From: an uncultured Chloroflexia bacterium
GTDB lineage: Bacteria > Chloroflexota > Ktedonobacteria > Ktedonobacterales > JADMIN01
Assembly (NCBI GenBank): GCA_963718915.1
Contig: CAVRAI010000010.1
Span: 1 to 32,000 of the forward strand
Reading direction: 5' to 3'
DNA length: 32,000 nt
Shown here: one piece after another, positions 1 to 11,093 of the stretch
Layout of the letters: each line of letters begins with the position of its first letter
How positions within the stretch are numbered: position 1 is the first letter of the stretch
The notes under the pieces: generated by a model
The model's database searches: none
What the model saw: only the letters and a program-made list of their open reading frames with translations
What the model was told of the DNA's origin: nothing
Translations under genes and position numbers: made by a program

Positions 1-13
1 CCATCCTCGGCGG

Positions 14-421
14 CTAAGATGTTGCGCTCAGGCGCGCCTCAGGCAACGTTGGCTCGAAGAGTTCGATAGGGTTCCCTGAAGGGTCTTCGAGCAGGATCTG
101 CTTGCCGCCAATGCCAGTGACGATGTCATTGCGGAAGCGTGCGCCTGCCTGACGGAGCGCTTCGACAGTCGCGACGAAATCCTCAACTTCAATTGAGAAT
201 CGGTTCCATCCTCCTGGTGTCGGCATCGTGCCATCCGGCATCGCCTGGCCACCACCGCCCATCGGATTCGGCGCGCTGAGCGCGAGACGGAGGTCGCCTC
301 GTGAGAGCATCGCAAAGGCGGGCGCTGGATGCATGACTTCTCGGAAGCCGAGTTGCTGGCAATAAAACGCGATCGCGGCGTCAACGTCGTTGACGATGTA
401 GCGCACCTGAACCGTAGCCAT
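14..421 (-). CDS. VOC superfamily protein (glyoxalase/bleomycin-resistance/dioxygenase fold)
   Basis: ORF 14..460 has family-like sequence: VRYIVNDVDAAIAFYCQQLGF ... GGKQILLEDPSGNPIELFE. Start placed at ATG 421 (MATVQV) because GAGGAAGGTGG lies 8 nt upstream. The track start at 460 is TTG with no SD. Confidence 0.8.
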   Translation of the reverse strand: MATVQVRYIVNDVDAAIAFYCQQLGFREVMHPAPAFAMLSRGDLRLALSAPNPMGGGGQAMPDGTMPTPGGWNRFSIEVEDFVATVEALRQAGARFRNDIVTGIGGKQILLEDPSGNPIELFEPTLPEARLSATS

Positions 422-740
422 TGCGGGTTCCACCTTCCTCGCTGTCGGAACATCTGACAACCAACATGCTACCGTCCATACTATACCGGTTTCGCAACGC
501 CAGGTATTCGCGGAAGACCGCCACTAGCCTCCACGCACCCGCATTCCCACAACGCGCTATAACGCCCGACTAACGATACTCCGCGATTTCCGCCTGCGAT
601 TCCGCGTCATCTCGCGTCGCGCCAAACGCCTGGCTAACACGCGCGCTGCTATCCTCCACACATGCGTGTAACGCTACGAGGAAGTCTATGGTTAGTGTCA
701 TAGGCTGCAGGACAAGGATAAGGATAAGGCAGAACACGAG

Positions 741-1340
741 ATGTACAAGATTGAGCGACCTTTCAATCGAGCGAGCGCAGTCCACAGCGCCCCTTCGGTG
801 CGATTAGCCGATGGCGCCAGCGTGCGTCTGCGCGCCGTCGGCAGTAGTGGCCAGGATGACGACGCTTTCCAGCGTCTGTTTTACACCCTGAGCGACACCA
901 CCCGCTACCTGTATTTTTGCGCGGGCATCCCCGCCACGGCGCTGTGGGCCGAGCGTTTCGGCGCCCTCAGCCGCACAGATGGCGAGCGCTCGTATGTGTT
1001 GGTGGCCGAGGCAGGCGATGAGCTGGTCGGTTTCGCGCGCTTTAGTCAGGGTCCACACGCGGAATCGGACGAGCGCGCCGCTGACCTGGGAGTCTTGCTC
1101 ACCGACTCCTGGCAGGGGCGCAGGCTGGGCGGATACATGCTCTGCCGCCTCGCTACGGAGGCGATGGCGCGCGGCGTGACGACCCTTACCGCGGCCGTGC
1201 TGTGGGAGAATCGCCGGATGCTGCGACTGGCGCGGCGCATCTTCCCTGATGTGCATATTACCTATGCGTCAGGGACGTGCGAACTGACCATCGATCTGGA
1301 GTCGTGGTGGGCGAAACAGAATGAACAGATGTGCGGCTGA
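741..1340 (+). CDS. GNAT family N-acetyltransferase
   Basis: 199-aa ORF with an acetyl-CoA binding core, LVGFARF ... WQGRRLGGYMLCRLATEAMARGV (Q/R-x-x-G-x-G/A type). The N-terminal VRLRAV...RYLYF resembles Pat-type GNAT domains. Confidence 0.8.
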   Translation: MYKIERPFNRASAVHSAPSVRLADGASVRLRAVGSSGQDDDAFQRLFYTLSDTTRYLYFCAGIPATALWAERFGALSRTDGERSYVLVAEAGDELVGFARFSQGPHAESDERAADLGVLLTDSWQGRRLGGYMLCRLATEAMARGVTTLTAAVLWENRRMLRLARRIFPDVHITYASGTCELTIDLESWWAKQNEQMCG

Positions 1341-1350
1341 GCGTTCCAGA

Positions 1351-1390
1351 CCTCACCTCACCTCACCTCACCTCACCTCACCTCACCTCA
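1351..1390. repeat. Pentanucleotide microsatellite (CCTCA)x8
   Basis: Eight perfect tandem CCTCA units read directly from the sequence. They lie in the 93-nt gap between convergent genes ending at 1340 and 1434. Confidence 0.95.
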
Positions 1391-1421
1391 CCCCCAACAC
1401 CTCTCCGTGTGGAGAGGTGAG
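1385..1421 (+). repeat. Palindromic repeat element, copy A; its hairpin probably also acts as a bidirectional terminator
   Basis: ACCTCACCCCCAACACCTCTCC-GTGT-GGAGAGGTGAG. Stem 1398..1406 pairs with 1411..1419 (9 bp). A near-identical copy lies in reverse orientation at 26286..26323. Confidence 0.8.
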
Positions 1422-1433
1422 CCAGAGTCGCTC

Positions 1434-2744
1434 CTATCGGCTGGCGCGCGCCCTGACGGCATAGGGTGGCCTGCTGGATGGCGCGGGCGGAATGGCCGGA
1501 GCCTTCACGGGGACGGCGTCGAGCAGCACCTGTAACGTCTGATGCTCTTCAGCGTGTTGCAGCGCCACCAGCGCCCGCTGAAACTCGCGTAGCGGGAAGC
1601 GGTGCGTCACGAGCCGATCCGGGGTGAGCCTCCGGTCGCGCATGAGGCTGGCCGCCAGCGCAAACGATGAGATACGGCCGTTGCCGCGACCCGTCTCGGT
1701 CTGCCAGTGTTCCATCCCCGGCGCGAACGCCCCGTACAGCGTCACCTCGGCGTGCCAGACGGGCGTCAGATCGAGGCTCAGGGGCGTCGCCTGCTGTCCA
1801 ACCAGGACGACAGCTCCGTCGGGGCGCGTCCAGCGTAGCGCCGATTGCAGGGATTTTTCGGAGCCGATGGTATCGTAGACGACATCGAATCCGCCAATCA
1901 ATAGCTCGGCGCCCTGGCCGTTGCTCAATCGCTTCGAGCCGGTAATCCGCGCGATGCCTTCTGGAATCTCATCGGCATGGAGGGTCTGTGACGCGCCCAT
2001 GCGCGCCGCCATCTCCGCGTGATATGGCGCATCCAGCAGCGCGGCGATATCCGCGTTTGGCGCGAATGCCCGCAGCGCCTGAATCAGCAGCAACCCCTCG
2101 ACATCCGTGCCAATCACCAGCGCCTGCTCGCCGGGTTGTGGCTGGCGGCGAAGCGCGGCGTGTACGGCATTGGCGGCGGTTTCGAGCAGCGCGGCCTGCT
2201 CATCGGGCACTGCATCGGGCACCAGGAAAAGCTGGCGCTCGTGCACGACCATCTCTTCACTCCAGCCACCACCCATCGGCGCGGGACTGGCGGGCGTGGC
2301 GCGGTGGATGCAGAGCGCGTAGTTTCCGGCGGCGCAGGCATGGCAGGGCGGCTCGATGCCCCGCGTTGGGCAACAGGGGTCACATTGCCAGACGACCCGG
2401 TCTCCAGGGCGGAGCAGCTGCGTGTGCGGGCCGACCTCTACCACCTCGCCGACGACCTGATGGCCGAGATAGAGCCGCCGGGGATGACGCATGGCGGCCA
2501 GCGAGACACCTGGATTGGAGAGCAACTGGATCGTGGCGAGGTCGCGTTGTGTGATGCCCGCGATGTGATTGCGGACGCGCACCCACTCCGTGCCAGGCAG
2601 CGCGGGAACCGCGATACGCTGCATCCGTAGCGGCGCGAGTGATCCGTAAAACGCACGGCGTGAGAACCGCCCCAGCGTGCGCGTTAAACCGGTGCGTGTG
2701 GACGACGTTTTGAGATATACCCCCCACATCGTCGCGCTGCCCAT
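1434..2744 (-). CDS. Medium-chain dehydrogenase/reductase (zinc-ADH-like) with atypical catalytic motifs
   Basis: MDR architecture: GHQVVGEVVEVG...GDRV, a Cys-rich structural-Zn lobe CDPCCPTRGIEPPCHACAAGNYALC, and a Rossmann-like region ALVIGTDVEGLLLIQAL. Start set at ATG 2744 (MGSATMWG), with GGAGG about 13 nt upstream. The 500-aa track ORF has an implausible 5' extension. ATG 2729 is an alternative start. Confidence 0.75.
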   Translation of the reverse strand: MGSATMWGVYLKTSSTRTGLTRTLGRFSRRAFYGSLAPLRMQRIAVPALPGTEWVRVRNHIAGITQRDLATIQLLSNPGVSLAAMRHPRRLYLGHQVVGEVVEVGPHTQLLRPGDRVVWQCDPCCPTRGIEPPCHACAAGNYALCIHRATPASPAPMGGGWSEEMVVHERQLFLVPDAVPDEQAALLETAANAVHAALRRQPQPGEQALVIGTDVEGLLLIQALRAFAPNADIAALLDAPYHAEMAARMGASQTLHADEIPEGIARITGSKRLSNGQGAELLIGGFDVVYDTIGSEKSLQSALRWTRPDGAVVLVGQQATPLSLDLTPVWHAEVTLYGAFAPGMEHWQTETGRGNGRISSFALAASLMRDRRLTPDRLVTHRFPLREFQRALVALQHAEEHQTLQVLLDAVPVKAPAIPPAPSSRPPYAVRARASR

Positions 2745-3037
2745 AGGTCGAAGACGCCTCCATCGAATATCAATCAGGAATCGGCTAGCTGGCGCTATTA
2801 GTAGCAAGGAATGGGCCAGCCGCCAACCAGTGTAGCACGGTCGTCTCTCGCCACGCAACCTGGCCGGTACTGTGTAACACGTAGAGCAATATTCTGATAC
2901 AGACGCGAGTAGGCCGTTTGGAACCTTCTCAGTCACTTCTCACGCAAATCACATTTACGCGGCACATACTTCATACCAGGGCGAGATTGAGCGCTCTGTC
3001 ACGATGGTGTTTAACAACTTGATCGGGTCATCGAACC

Positions 3038-3224
3038 GCTGGCGGCTGAAGCAGTTTTACAATGTACGCCGAACACCGCACGTCGTGGTGGGCGAGGCAG
3101 GCCGTAGCATTAATGCTACGGCGAATCTCCCGCCTCCCAGGCCCATGCGCTGGCAGGCTCCAGCCTGCGCACCCCATCGCAATGCCCGTGTGCGGCGTAA
3201 ATTGTAAAAGTACATAAGCCGCGC
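3038..3224 (+). repeat. MITE-like non-autonomous element: imperfect inverted arms around a perfect 22-nt palindrome
   Basis: Left arm 3041..3082 (GGCGGCTGAAGCAGTTTTACAATGTACGCCG...) matches the reverse complement of 3187..3224 (shared GCGGCT, TTTTACAAT, TACGCCG, CACG). The core palindrome GCCGTAGCATTAATGCTACGGC is at 3101..3122. The left ~90 nt recur at 29292..29380. No transposase is present. Confidence 0.6.
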
Positions 3225-3369
3225 CCGCTGCCACAAAGCCTGCCTGCGCAGGCTCTCAGACGCAGACACACCGCACAGATTACCTGAACAGCACGTTATA
3301 GAGCATCATCGCGTCGTCATCGCATGGTGTCGAACTCGGCGCTCGCAGAGGAAACACGGGAGCATAGGC

Positions 3370-4122
3370 TTGACAACGCAACATACCATTCGTCGTCTGG
3401 AACATATTCAACCTGGGGACCATTCCGGCCCTGCCACAGGCTCATCCCCCCACATGCGCCCGCGGGTGTTGCTGGTGGATGACGAGCCGCACATCTGCGA
3501 GTTTCTCAGCATGGGATTCGACTATGAGGGATTCGAGACTGTCGTGGCTGGCACGGGCGACGAAGCGCTTGAGGCTATCACGCGGGAGCCGTTCGACATC
3601 GCCATTCTCGATATCATGCTACCGGGCGTCAGCGGGCTTGACGTTGCCCGCCATATGCGCCGCGTCAGCGACATCGGCATTATTATGCTGACCGCACGTG
3701 GGACGGTGGACGAGCGCATCGCCGGGCTGGAGACGGGCGCCGATGACTACATGACCAAGCCGTTCATGTTCAAAGAACTGCTGGCACGGGTGCGCGCCGT
3801 CTTGCGCCGGAGAGGCAACCAGCTGGATCGCTACCTCGTTTTTCAGGATCTGACGCTTGACCGCGAAACGCATACGGTCCTCCATGGTGAGCGCGAGATT
3901 GCGCTGACACCCCGCGAGTTCGAACTGCTGGAACTCTTGCTGATGCATCCCCGCCAGACGCTCACGCGCGACACCATTCTGGCGCGCATCTGGGGCTACG
4001 AATACGAAGGAGATGATAACGTGCTCGAAGTCTATATTCGTCGACTGCGAGAGAAGCTAGACGACGCTCAGGCGCGCCTGGTGCAGACGGTGCGTGGTGT
4101 TGGGTATGCGCTTCGCGGATAA
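3370..4122 (+). CDS. OmpR/PhoB-family two-component response regulator
   Basis: Receiver domain: VLLVDDEP, DIAILDIMLPG, MTKPF. Winged-helix output domain: LTPREFELLELL, VRGVGYAL. TTG 3370 has GGGAG 7 nt upstream. ATG 3454 (MRPRVLLVDD) is an alternative start. Confidence 0.9.
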   Translation: MTTQHTIRRLEHIQPGDHSGPATGSSPHMRPRVLLVDDEPHICEFLSMGFDYEGFETVVAGTGDEALEAITREPFDIAILDIMLPGVSGLDVARHMRRVSDIGIIMLTARGTVDERIAGLETGADDYMTKPFMFKELLARVRAVLRRRGNQLDRYLVFQDLTLDRETHTVLHGEREIALTPREFELLELLLMHPRQTLTRDTILARIWGYEYEGDDNVLEVYIRRLREKLDDAQARLVQTVRGVGYALRG

Positions 4123-5758
4123 AACGGCGTCTATCGCCCGCATGCCGCTACGCTGGCGGCTCACACTCGTCTCCTTTGGCCTGCTGGTCATCCTGCTGAC
4201 GGCATTGGGCGCGTTCGTCTCGATTACTGAAGAGCAGACGCTCTTTACTAACCAGGCGTTGACGCTTCGCCAGGAGGTACGCCTCGCCGGTGGCCCACTC
4301 AAAGGCGCTGGCGTCGCGCTGGCGTCTCCAGGCGCGACGCTGCCAACTGGCGGTGAACTCTCCGCGAAGGCCATCACGACCCTGACGTTTACCGCGCGCC
4401 GCCTGACGGGAGCCGCCATTCGCGCCGTCGTGCTCTCGCCCACGGGAACGACGATCCTTTCTGGCGTAGATACACAGGTCGCGCCAGCATCCGTCAACAC
4501 ATCTGAAGCCTCCTTGCGCAATGCGCTGGCCGTTGCGCCAAACAATGACACCTATAATCTGGCGAAGGGCAGCGACGGTCGCCGCCAACTGATTGTGCTG
4601 CTCCCATTGGTCGACCTGCAATCGCGGACCATCGTGGCGATTCTGCAGGTGAGCGCGCCAGTGACGCCCATCGAAGACGCCATCGCGCAGATGCGCCTGA
4701 TGCTGGCGCTGGGGGTCGCCGTGACGCTGGTGATCGCCGCCGCGCTCACCCTGCCGCTCATTACCGCTGCCCTGCGACCATTGAACGCCATCGCGCACGC
4801 CAGCAGAGCCATCGCCGAACAGTCTGGCCTGAGTACAAATAGCGCACTGGCTGTGCGCCTCGACGTTTCCCCAACACATGACGAGATCAGCCGATTAACT
4901 GAGTCCTTCAACGCGATGGTGGCGCAACTCGACGCGGCCTTCACCCGCCAGAAGCAATTTGTGGCCGACGCCTCGCACGAACTGCGCACACCACTGACCG
5001 CGCTGGGAAGCGGTCTGGAGATGCTTTTGCTGGGCGCTGACCAGGGCGATCCCGACGTGGCGCGGCGGCTGCTACGCGGCATGTATCGCGAGACCCAGCG
5101 CCTGCAACGGCTGGTGGAGGATCTGCTCACTCTCACGCGGCTTGACGACGGCCATATGCCCGTGTCTCCGCGCGCTGTTCCGGTCGCGCCGCTGCTGGCG
5201 GATGTCTGCGAGCAGGCCGAGCGACTGGCCCACGGACAGCGTATTGAGGTGGCGATGGCGGCGGAAACACCCCTGCTCTATGGCGATCCCGACCTGATCC
5301 GCCAGGTCTTGCTGATCCTGGCGGATAACGCGCTCAAATACACGCCGTCTGATGGTCGCGTTCTACTGACGGCGCACGCGACGCCAGCAACCGAACCACA
5401 CGCCGTCGCGATCGCGGTCTCTGATACGGGCGTGGGCATGCCAGCGGAGACGCTATCGCATGTCTTCGAGCGGTTTTATCGGGGAGACGCCGCACGGACG
5501 CGCGCGCCAGTGGCAGGCCATGAGACTGGCGCATCAGCGGGAAGCGCCGGACATCCCGGAAGCGGCGCTGGCCTTGGCCTCTCTATCGCCGATCAGTTGA
5601 CTCAGGCGCAGGGTGGCCATATCACCATCGAGAGCAAGGTAGGGGTGGGAACAACGGTCACGGTGACTCTGCCCGCGCACGACGTCGCTGCCGCTACAAC
5701 GTCAACGTATCCGCCTGCGCTGCCTCCCGCCACAACTGGCGCAACCGACAGCCACTAG
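4094..5758 (+). CDS. Sensor histidine kinase (2 TM, extracytoplasmic sensor, HAMP, HisKA, HATPase_c)
   Basis: H-box FVADASHELRTPLTAL, N-box LADNALKYT, G-boxes SDTGVGM and GAGLGLSIA. TM segments are LTLVSFGLLVILLTALGAF and LMLALGVAVTLVIAAALTL. It overlaps the regulator's 3' end. The start is ambiguous (GTG 4094, ATG 4106 or ATG 4142). Confidence 0.9.
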   Translation: MVLGMRFADKTASIARMPLRWRLTLVSFGLLVILLTALGAFVSITEEQTLFTNQALTLRQEVRLAGGPLKGAGVALASPGATLPTGGELSAKAITTLTFTARRLTGAAIRAVVLSPTGTTILSGVDTQVAPASVNTSEASLRNALAVAPNNDTYNLAKGSDGRRQLIVLLPLVDLQSRTIVAILQVSAPVTPIEDAIAQMRLMLALGVAVTLVIAAALTLPLITAALRPLNAIAHASRAIAEQSGLSTNSALAVRLDVSPTHDEISRLTESFNAMVAQLDAAFTRQKQFVADASHELRTPLTALGSGLEMLLLGADQGDPDVARRLLRGMYRETQRLQRLVEDLLTLTRLDDGHMPVSPRAVPVAPLLADVCEQAERLAHGQRIEVAMAAETPLLYGDPDLIRQVLLILADNALKYTPSDGRVLLTAHATPATEPHAVAIAVSDTGVGMPAETLSHVFERFYRGDAARTRAPVAGHETGASAGSAGHPGSGAGLGLSIADQLTQAQGGHITIESKVGVGTTVTVTLPAHDVAAATTSTYPPALPPATTGATDSH

Positions 5759-5765
5759 CTGTGCG

Positions 5766-6794
5766 CTATGTGCCGCCACAGGCAGGCGCGCCAGCGAGAG
5801 GGCCGGTCTTCGTCTGCGCGAAGAGCCAGGGGTAGAGCGGATTGTCTGTCTGTGCTGTCTGGCCGTATACCTGCGGCCAGATCGTGTGGGACATTCCAGC
5901 TAATTCGGTATAGCAGGGCGTTCCACCGGCGGCGCGGAGCGCCTGAATCATAGTGCGCGACCCAGCGACGGGGACGCGGTTATCATTCGCGCCGTGAAAC
6001 GCCCAGAGTGGCAGGCGTACTATACGGCTGGCGAGCGCGGGGTCGCCTGAGCCTGAGACGGGGATGGCCGCGGCAAATAGCGTTGGCCAGCGTTCGATGC
6101 TATCCCACACCCCAAAGCCACCCATAGAGATACCGGTAATGTAGAGGCGATTGGCGTCGATACCGGGATAGCGCTGCTGGACGAGCGCCACGATGTTGAT
6201 AGCCATCTGGAGCGAGGCCGACGGCTGGCTTGCCAGCGCATAGGAGCTGACGGTGGGAGAGACGTTGACGTAGCGGTTGTTCCCAACCACCTGCGGCACG
6301 ACGACGAAGCAGGGCCAGCGTGTCTGCACATTCGCCCCGCCAGTTGCTACCCAGGGAGTGACATACGATGCGTTGATGGCGAGGGCACGATTCTGGGCCG
6401 CGGTCTGCTGCGGGTTGGCGCGCTCGCCGCCGCCCTGAAGGATGAGGACCAGCGGATACTGTTGCTCTGGATTGCCGCTTGTATATCCCTGTGGCACATA
6501 GAGATAGAACGCCATCTGGGTATTGTCCGGGCCAGCGTACTGGCAGGAGAGGAAAGCGTCAGAGCCGCTGGCCGAGATGTCAGAACATGAGATCGTGACG
6601 TCGGAAGGCAGAACAATGGTCGCGGGCGTTGGCGGCATGGTCGGCGGCACGGATGGCGTCACCCTGGATGTGGCCCCATGAGCGCTGGCGCACCCGCTCA
6701 AGATACTCGTCAGCGCGCCGATCAGCGACGCCAGCATGATCAACATCCTTCCACGCCGTGCGCGCCACCCACCTGCGCTAGCCTTCCTGCTCAT
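5766..6794 (-). CDS. Exported alpha/beta-hydrolase esterase, predicted lipoprotein
   Basis: Signal peptide with lipobox LSGC (…LIGALTSILSGCASA). Nucleophile elbow GISMGG, plus a later FHGANDNRVP and SH. GAGGA lies 5-6 nt upstream of ATG 6794. Confidence 0.8.
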   Translation of the reverse strand: MSRKASAGGWRARRGRMLIMLASLIGALTSILSGCASAHGATSRVTPSVPPTMPPTPATIVLPSDVTISCSDISASGSDAFLSCQYAGPDNTQMAFYLYVPQGYTSGNPEQQYPLVLILQGGGERANPQQTAAQNRALAINASYVTPWVATGGANVQTRWPCFVVVPQVVGNNRYVNVSPTVSSYALASQPSASLQMAINIVALVQQRYPGIDANRLYITGISMGGFGVWDSIERWPTLFAAAIPVSGSGDPALASRIVRLPLWAFHGANDNRVPVAGSRTMIQALRAAGGTPCYTELAGMSHTIWPQVYGQTAQTDNPLYPWLFAQTKTGPLAGAPACGGT

Positions 6795-6859
6795 GCATTT
6801 CCTCGATCGTTTCTATGCGCTTGCCAATGTCTCCCAGGCCATCGCGGACCTTCCATGCG

Positions 6860-8171
6860 TCACCCCTCTTTGCGATGGGCCACCACCGCGCCGCGTTCCG
6901 CCACAGTGGCCGAGCGCACCGCTGGCCCGACCTCTCGCGCATTGGGCAACCGCAGAACGCGCGCCAGAGATTGCGCCGCGTGACCGCATGCCTGTGCCGC
7001 GTTGGCGAGCCAGCGGCCAGGGATCCGCTCGCGCGAGAGGGCGCATGGATGGCCAATCAGGCGACTTAGCAGTGGCGTGTAGAGGAAGACGACGCATAGA
7101 GCGACCGTCACGCCCGCCACCAGCGCCCAGGTGAGCGCGACCCGCAGCGGCTCCGGCAGCAGCGCTGGCAGGTTGGGGACGAGATAGACCATCGCCTGCT
7201 CAAGAATGTACGCATGGATGAGGTAGATGCCGAACGACGCATTGGAGAGCAGCACCCAGAAGCCCGCGCCTCGTGGCGGATGTGGCGCGCGGCGAGTCGC
7301 CCAGCGCGTGGCCAGCCAGTAGAGGAACGCCGCGATCCCGATGGCATAGATCACCATCGCCGGTTGAAAGACCGAGATGCCATAGCCGATACTCTTATGC
7401 CCGACCGCTGTCTGAAGCCAGAGATTGCCCCAGAGCAGCGCCAGCCCCAGCGCGAACCCGGCGACGACCAGCTTTCCGTGGCGCAGGACGAACGCGCGCA
7501 CCTGTGGCATATAGAGCGCCGCGACGCCACCGAGGACGGCGTAGAACTGGTAGAGCAGGAGAACGCGCGACTGATTCTGATTGATGAAGACGCCGACTGG
7601 TGTCCCGGAGAATGGCCCTGTCTGCACGAACTGGTAATCGAGCGCGAGCATGACCACCTGCAACGCGAAACTGACGCCCAGCAGCACCCAGGGACGCTTT
7701 CCAGCCGAGGTCATCAGACGGAGAAACCAGGGGAGGATCAAGTAAAACTCCAGCGTCAGCAGAATGTAGTACAGCTGGAACGAGGCGACGCCCGTCAGGA
7801 TATCGCTGATCGCGCGCACGCCCCATTGCCCGGCGGGCAGCGCTGGCTTCGACGCCACTTCGTAGAAGAGGCTCCAGAGCACGTAGGGAAGCAAGACGCC
7901 CAGGCCGCGTTTACGCCAGAACGCTTTCACGTGAAAGGGGCGGTTGACATACCCGTAGACCATCACAAAGGCGGTGATGGCGATGAATATCTCGCGCGTG
8001 AAGTGGAGCGCGCTCACCACCGCGTTCTGCGCCAGCAGGCTCGCGTTTGTGTGCGCCAGAATCACCGTAAATGAGACGGCATGCACGCCAACAACGCAGA
8101 TCGCCGTCACCGCGCGGATGGCGTCTATCTCATAGAGTCGCCCGCGCCGGACCACCTTGTGCGCGTCGTGC

Positions 8172-8179
<8 letters not shown>
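6860..8179 (-). CDS. Acyltransferase family 3 (AT3) integral-membrane O-acyltransferase
   Basis: Polytopic membrane protein with the typical AT3 N-terminus: LYEIDAIRAVTAICVVGVHAV ... REIFIAITAFVMVYGY. ATG 8179 overlaps the upstream ligase stop by 8 nt (ATGGCTGA). Confidence 0.85.
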
Positions 8180-9816
<1,637 letters not shown>

Positions 9817-9877
9817 TGTTGTGCCTGTTCTGTCTGAACTGCTGCCCGATTGATTCCCCCTGATCTTGGCGACACGG

Positions 9878-10276
9878 TCAATACATCATCCGGGGATCGA
9901 AGTAGTATTTGAACTCCAGCAAATTGTTCGAGGGGTCGCGCAACAGGAAGGTCAGATGTTCCTCGATCTTGCCCTTGAAGCGCGTCATCGGCTCCTGGAA
10001 GAAGGGTAATTCACGCGCGTGCGCGAGATGGAGCAAGGCGTCGAACTCGCTTCTCTCCTTGAACGTGATGCCGAAGTGGCGCGGGTACACCTGTGGATCG
10101 CGATCATAGTCGTCTGTGAGGTGACACACCACCTGATCGCCGAAGAAATCCAGGGTGATACGGTCTGAATAGCGACGCGCCAGCTTGCAGCCGAGCCTCG
10201 TCACATAGAAGTCGAAGGCGGCATCGAGGTCGCCGCAGGGGATGGCAAGGTGAAAGACATTATGGATATCGCGCAT
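9878..10276 (-). CDS. Small VOC-fold protein (extradiol-dioxygenase-like, COG3565-type)
   Basis: FHLAIPCGDLDAAFDFYVTRLGC ... HFGITF ... FLLRDPSNNLLEFKYY. ATG 10276 (MRDIHNVF) has GAAAGG about 10 nt upstream. The track start 10288 is a GTG abutting that SD. Confidence 0.75.
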   Translation of the reverse strand: MRDIHNVFHLAIPCGDLDAAFDFYVTRLGCKLARRYSDRITLDFFGDQVVCHLTDDYDRDPQVYPRHFGITFKERSEFDALLHLAHARELPFFQEPMTRFKGKIEEHLTFLLRDPSNNLLEFKYYFDPRMMY

Positions 10277-10310
10277 GGTCAGGGACACCTTTCTCGCTAG
10301 CTCTCAGGGT

Positions 10311-11093
10311 TTATTGCTCGACTGTCTCGAAGGTCAGCAAGGTGTCGGAGCGCAGGCCAAGCCGGAGTGTTTCCAGCGCGATGGCGTCTGCGAAGGGGAT
10401 GTTGGCAAGGTTGACATCACATCCCAGCCGCCGGATAAACGTGGCTTGCAGCGACTTATTGGGCGCCTCGAAGATCAGCGTGTTGCTGTCGATGCCGGAT
10501 TCCACAATCTCCTCGATCAGCCCGTAGCGTAGCGTGCCATCGGGGCGACAGATGCCGCTTGTCCCGCTCTCACGCGCTTCGAGCAAGACGCGCGTGGCGC
10601 CCGCCTCGATATCCTGGCGAATGAAGGTGATCCACATCGCGGGCGAGAGCAGCTGTGACTGTTCGCTATCCTTGTAGCCAACCTCGCTCAAGACGCGAAA
10701 CTCAGCGGCAAAGTCCGCGATGACCTGCGCCTTATCCTGATTGCTGAGGTCAATCGTGCCATTGGAGACCTCGACATAGCGGCAGCCAAAGCGTCTGCAG
10801 TAGGCGTAGTACGCGCCAAGTTTGCGCTGCTGATAGAACTTCTCGAAGAGGGTGCCGCCGAAGAAATAGTCAACTCCGTGCCGCTGCAGAGCGCTAATCT
10901 TACGCTCCAACTGGTCGGTGATGACCGAGGTGCCCCAGCCAAATTTGACGAGGTCAATCAATGGCGCGGCGCTCTCGATCACGTCTTCAAAATACTGCAT
11001 GGGCAACCCTGGATCGATCAGGATGCTCATACCGCGCGCCCGTGGCTTGACACTGCGCTCAGGCAGCGTGAGTCCCGTCACTTGCATGTTCAT
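10311..11093 (-). CDS. comA: (2R)-phospho-3-sulfolactate synthase (ComA family)
   Basis: Family motifs read by eye: KPRARGMSILIDPG, IDLVKFGWGTS, FFGGTLFE, RYVEVSNGTIDL, VLSEVGYKD. Start at ATG 11093 (MNMQVTGL) has AGAGGAGAAG immediately upstream. The 49-codon 5' extension in the track is not protein-like. Confidence 0.85.
   Translation of the reverse strand: MNMQVTGLTLPERSVKPRARGMSILIDPGLPMQYFEDVIESAAPLIDLVKFGWGTSVITDQLERKISALQRHGVDYFFGGTLFEKFYQQRKLGAYYAYCRRFGCRYVEVSNGTIDLSNQDKAQVIADFAAEFRVLSEVGYKDSEQSQLLSPAMWITFIRQDIEAGATRVLLEARESGTSGICRPDGTLRYGLIEEIVESGIDSNTLIFEAPNKSLQATFIRRLGCDVNLANIPFADAIALETLRLGLRSDTLLTFETVEQ

Noticed and set aside
3004-3207. Small ORFs across repeat elements (also 29339..29539 and the start of 25610..26047) that share the peptide RS(I/V)NATAN.
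   Set aside because: The shared peptide is just the translation of the CCGTAGC...GCTACGG hairpin. There are no SD sites, and the frames differ outside the repeat.
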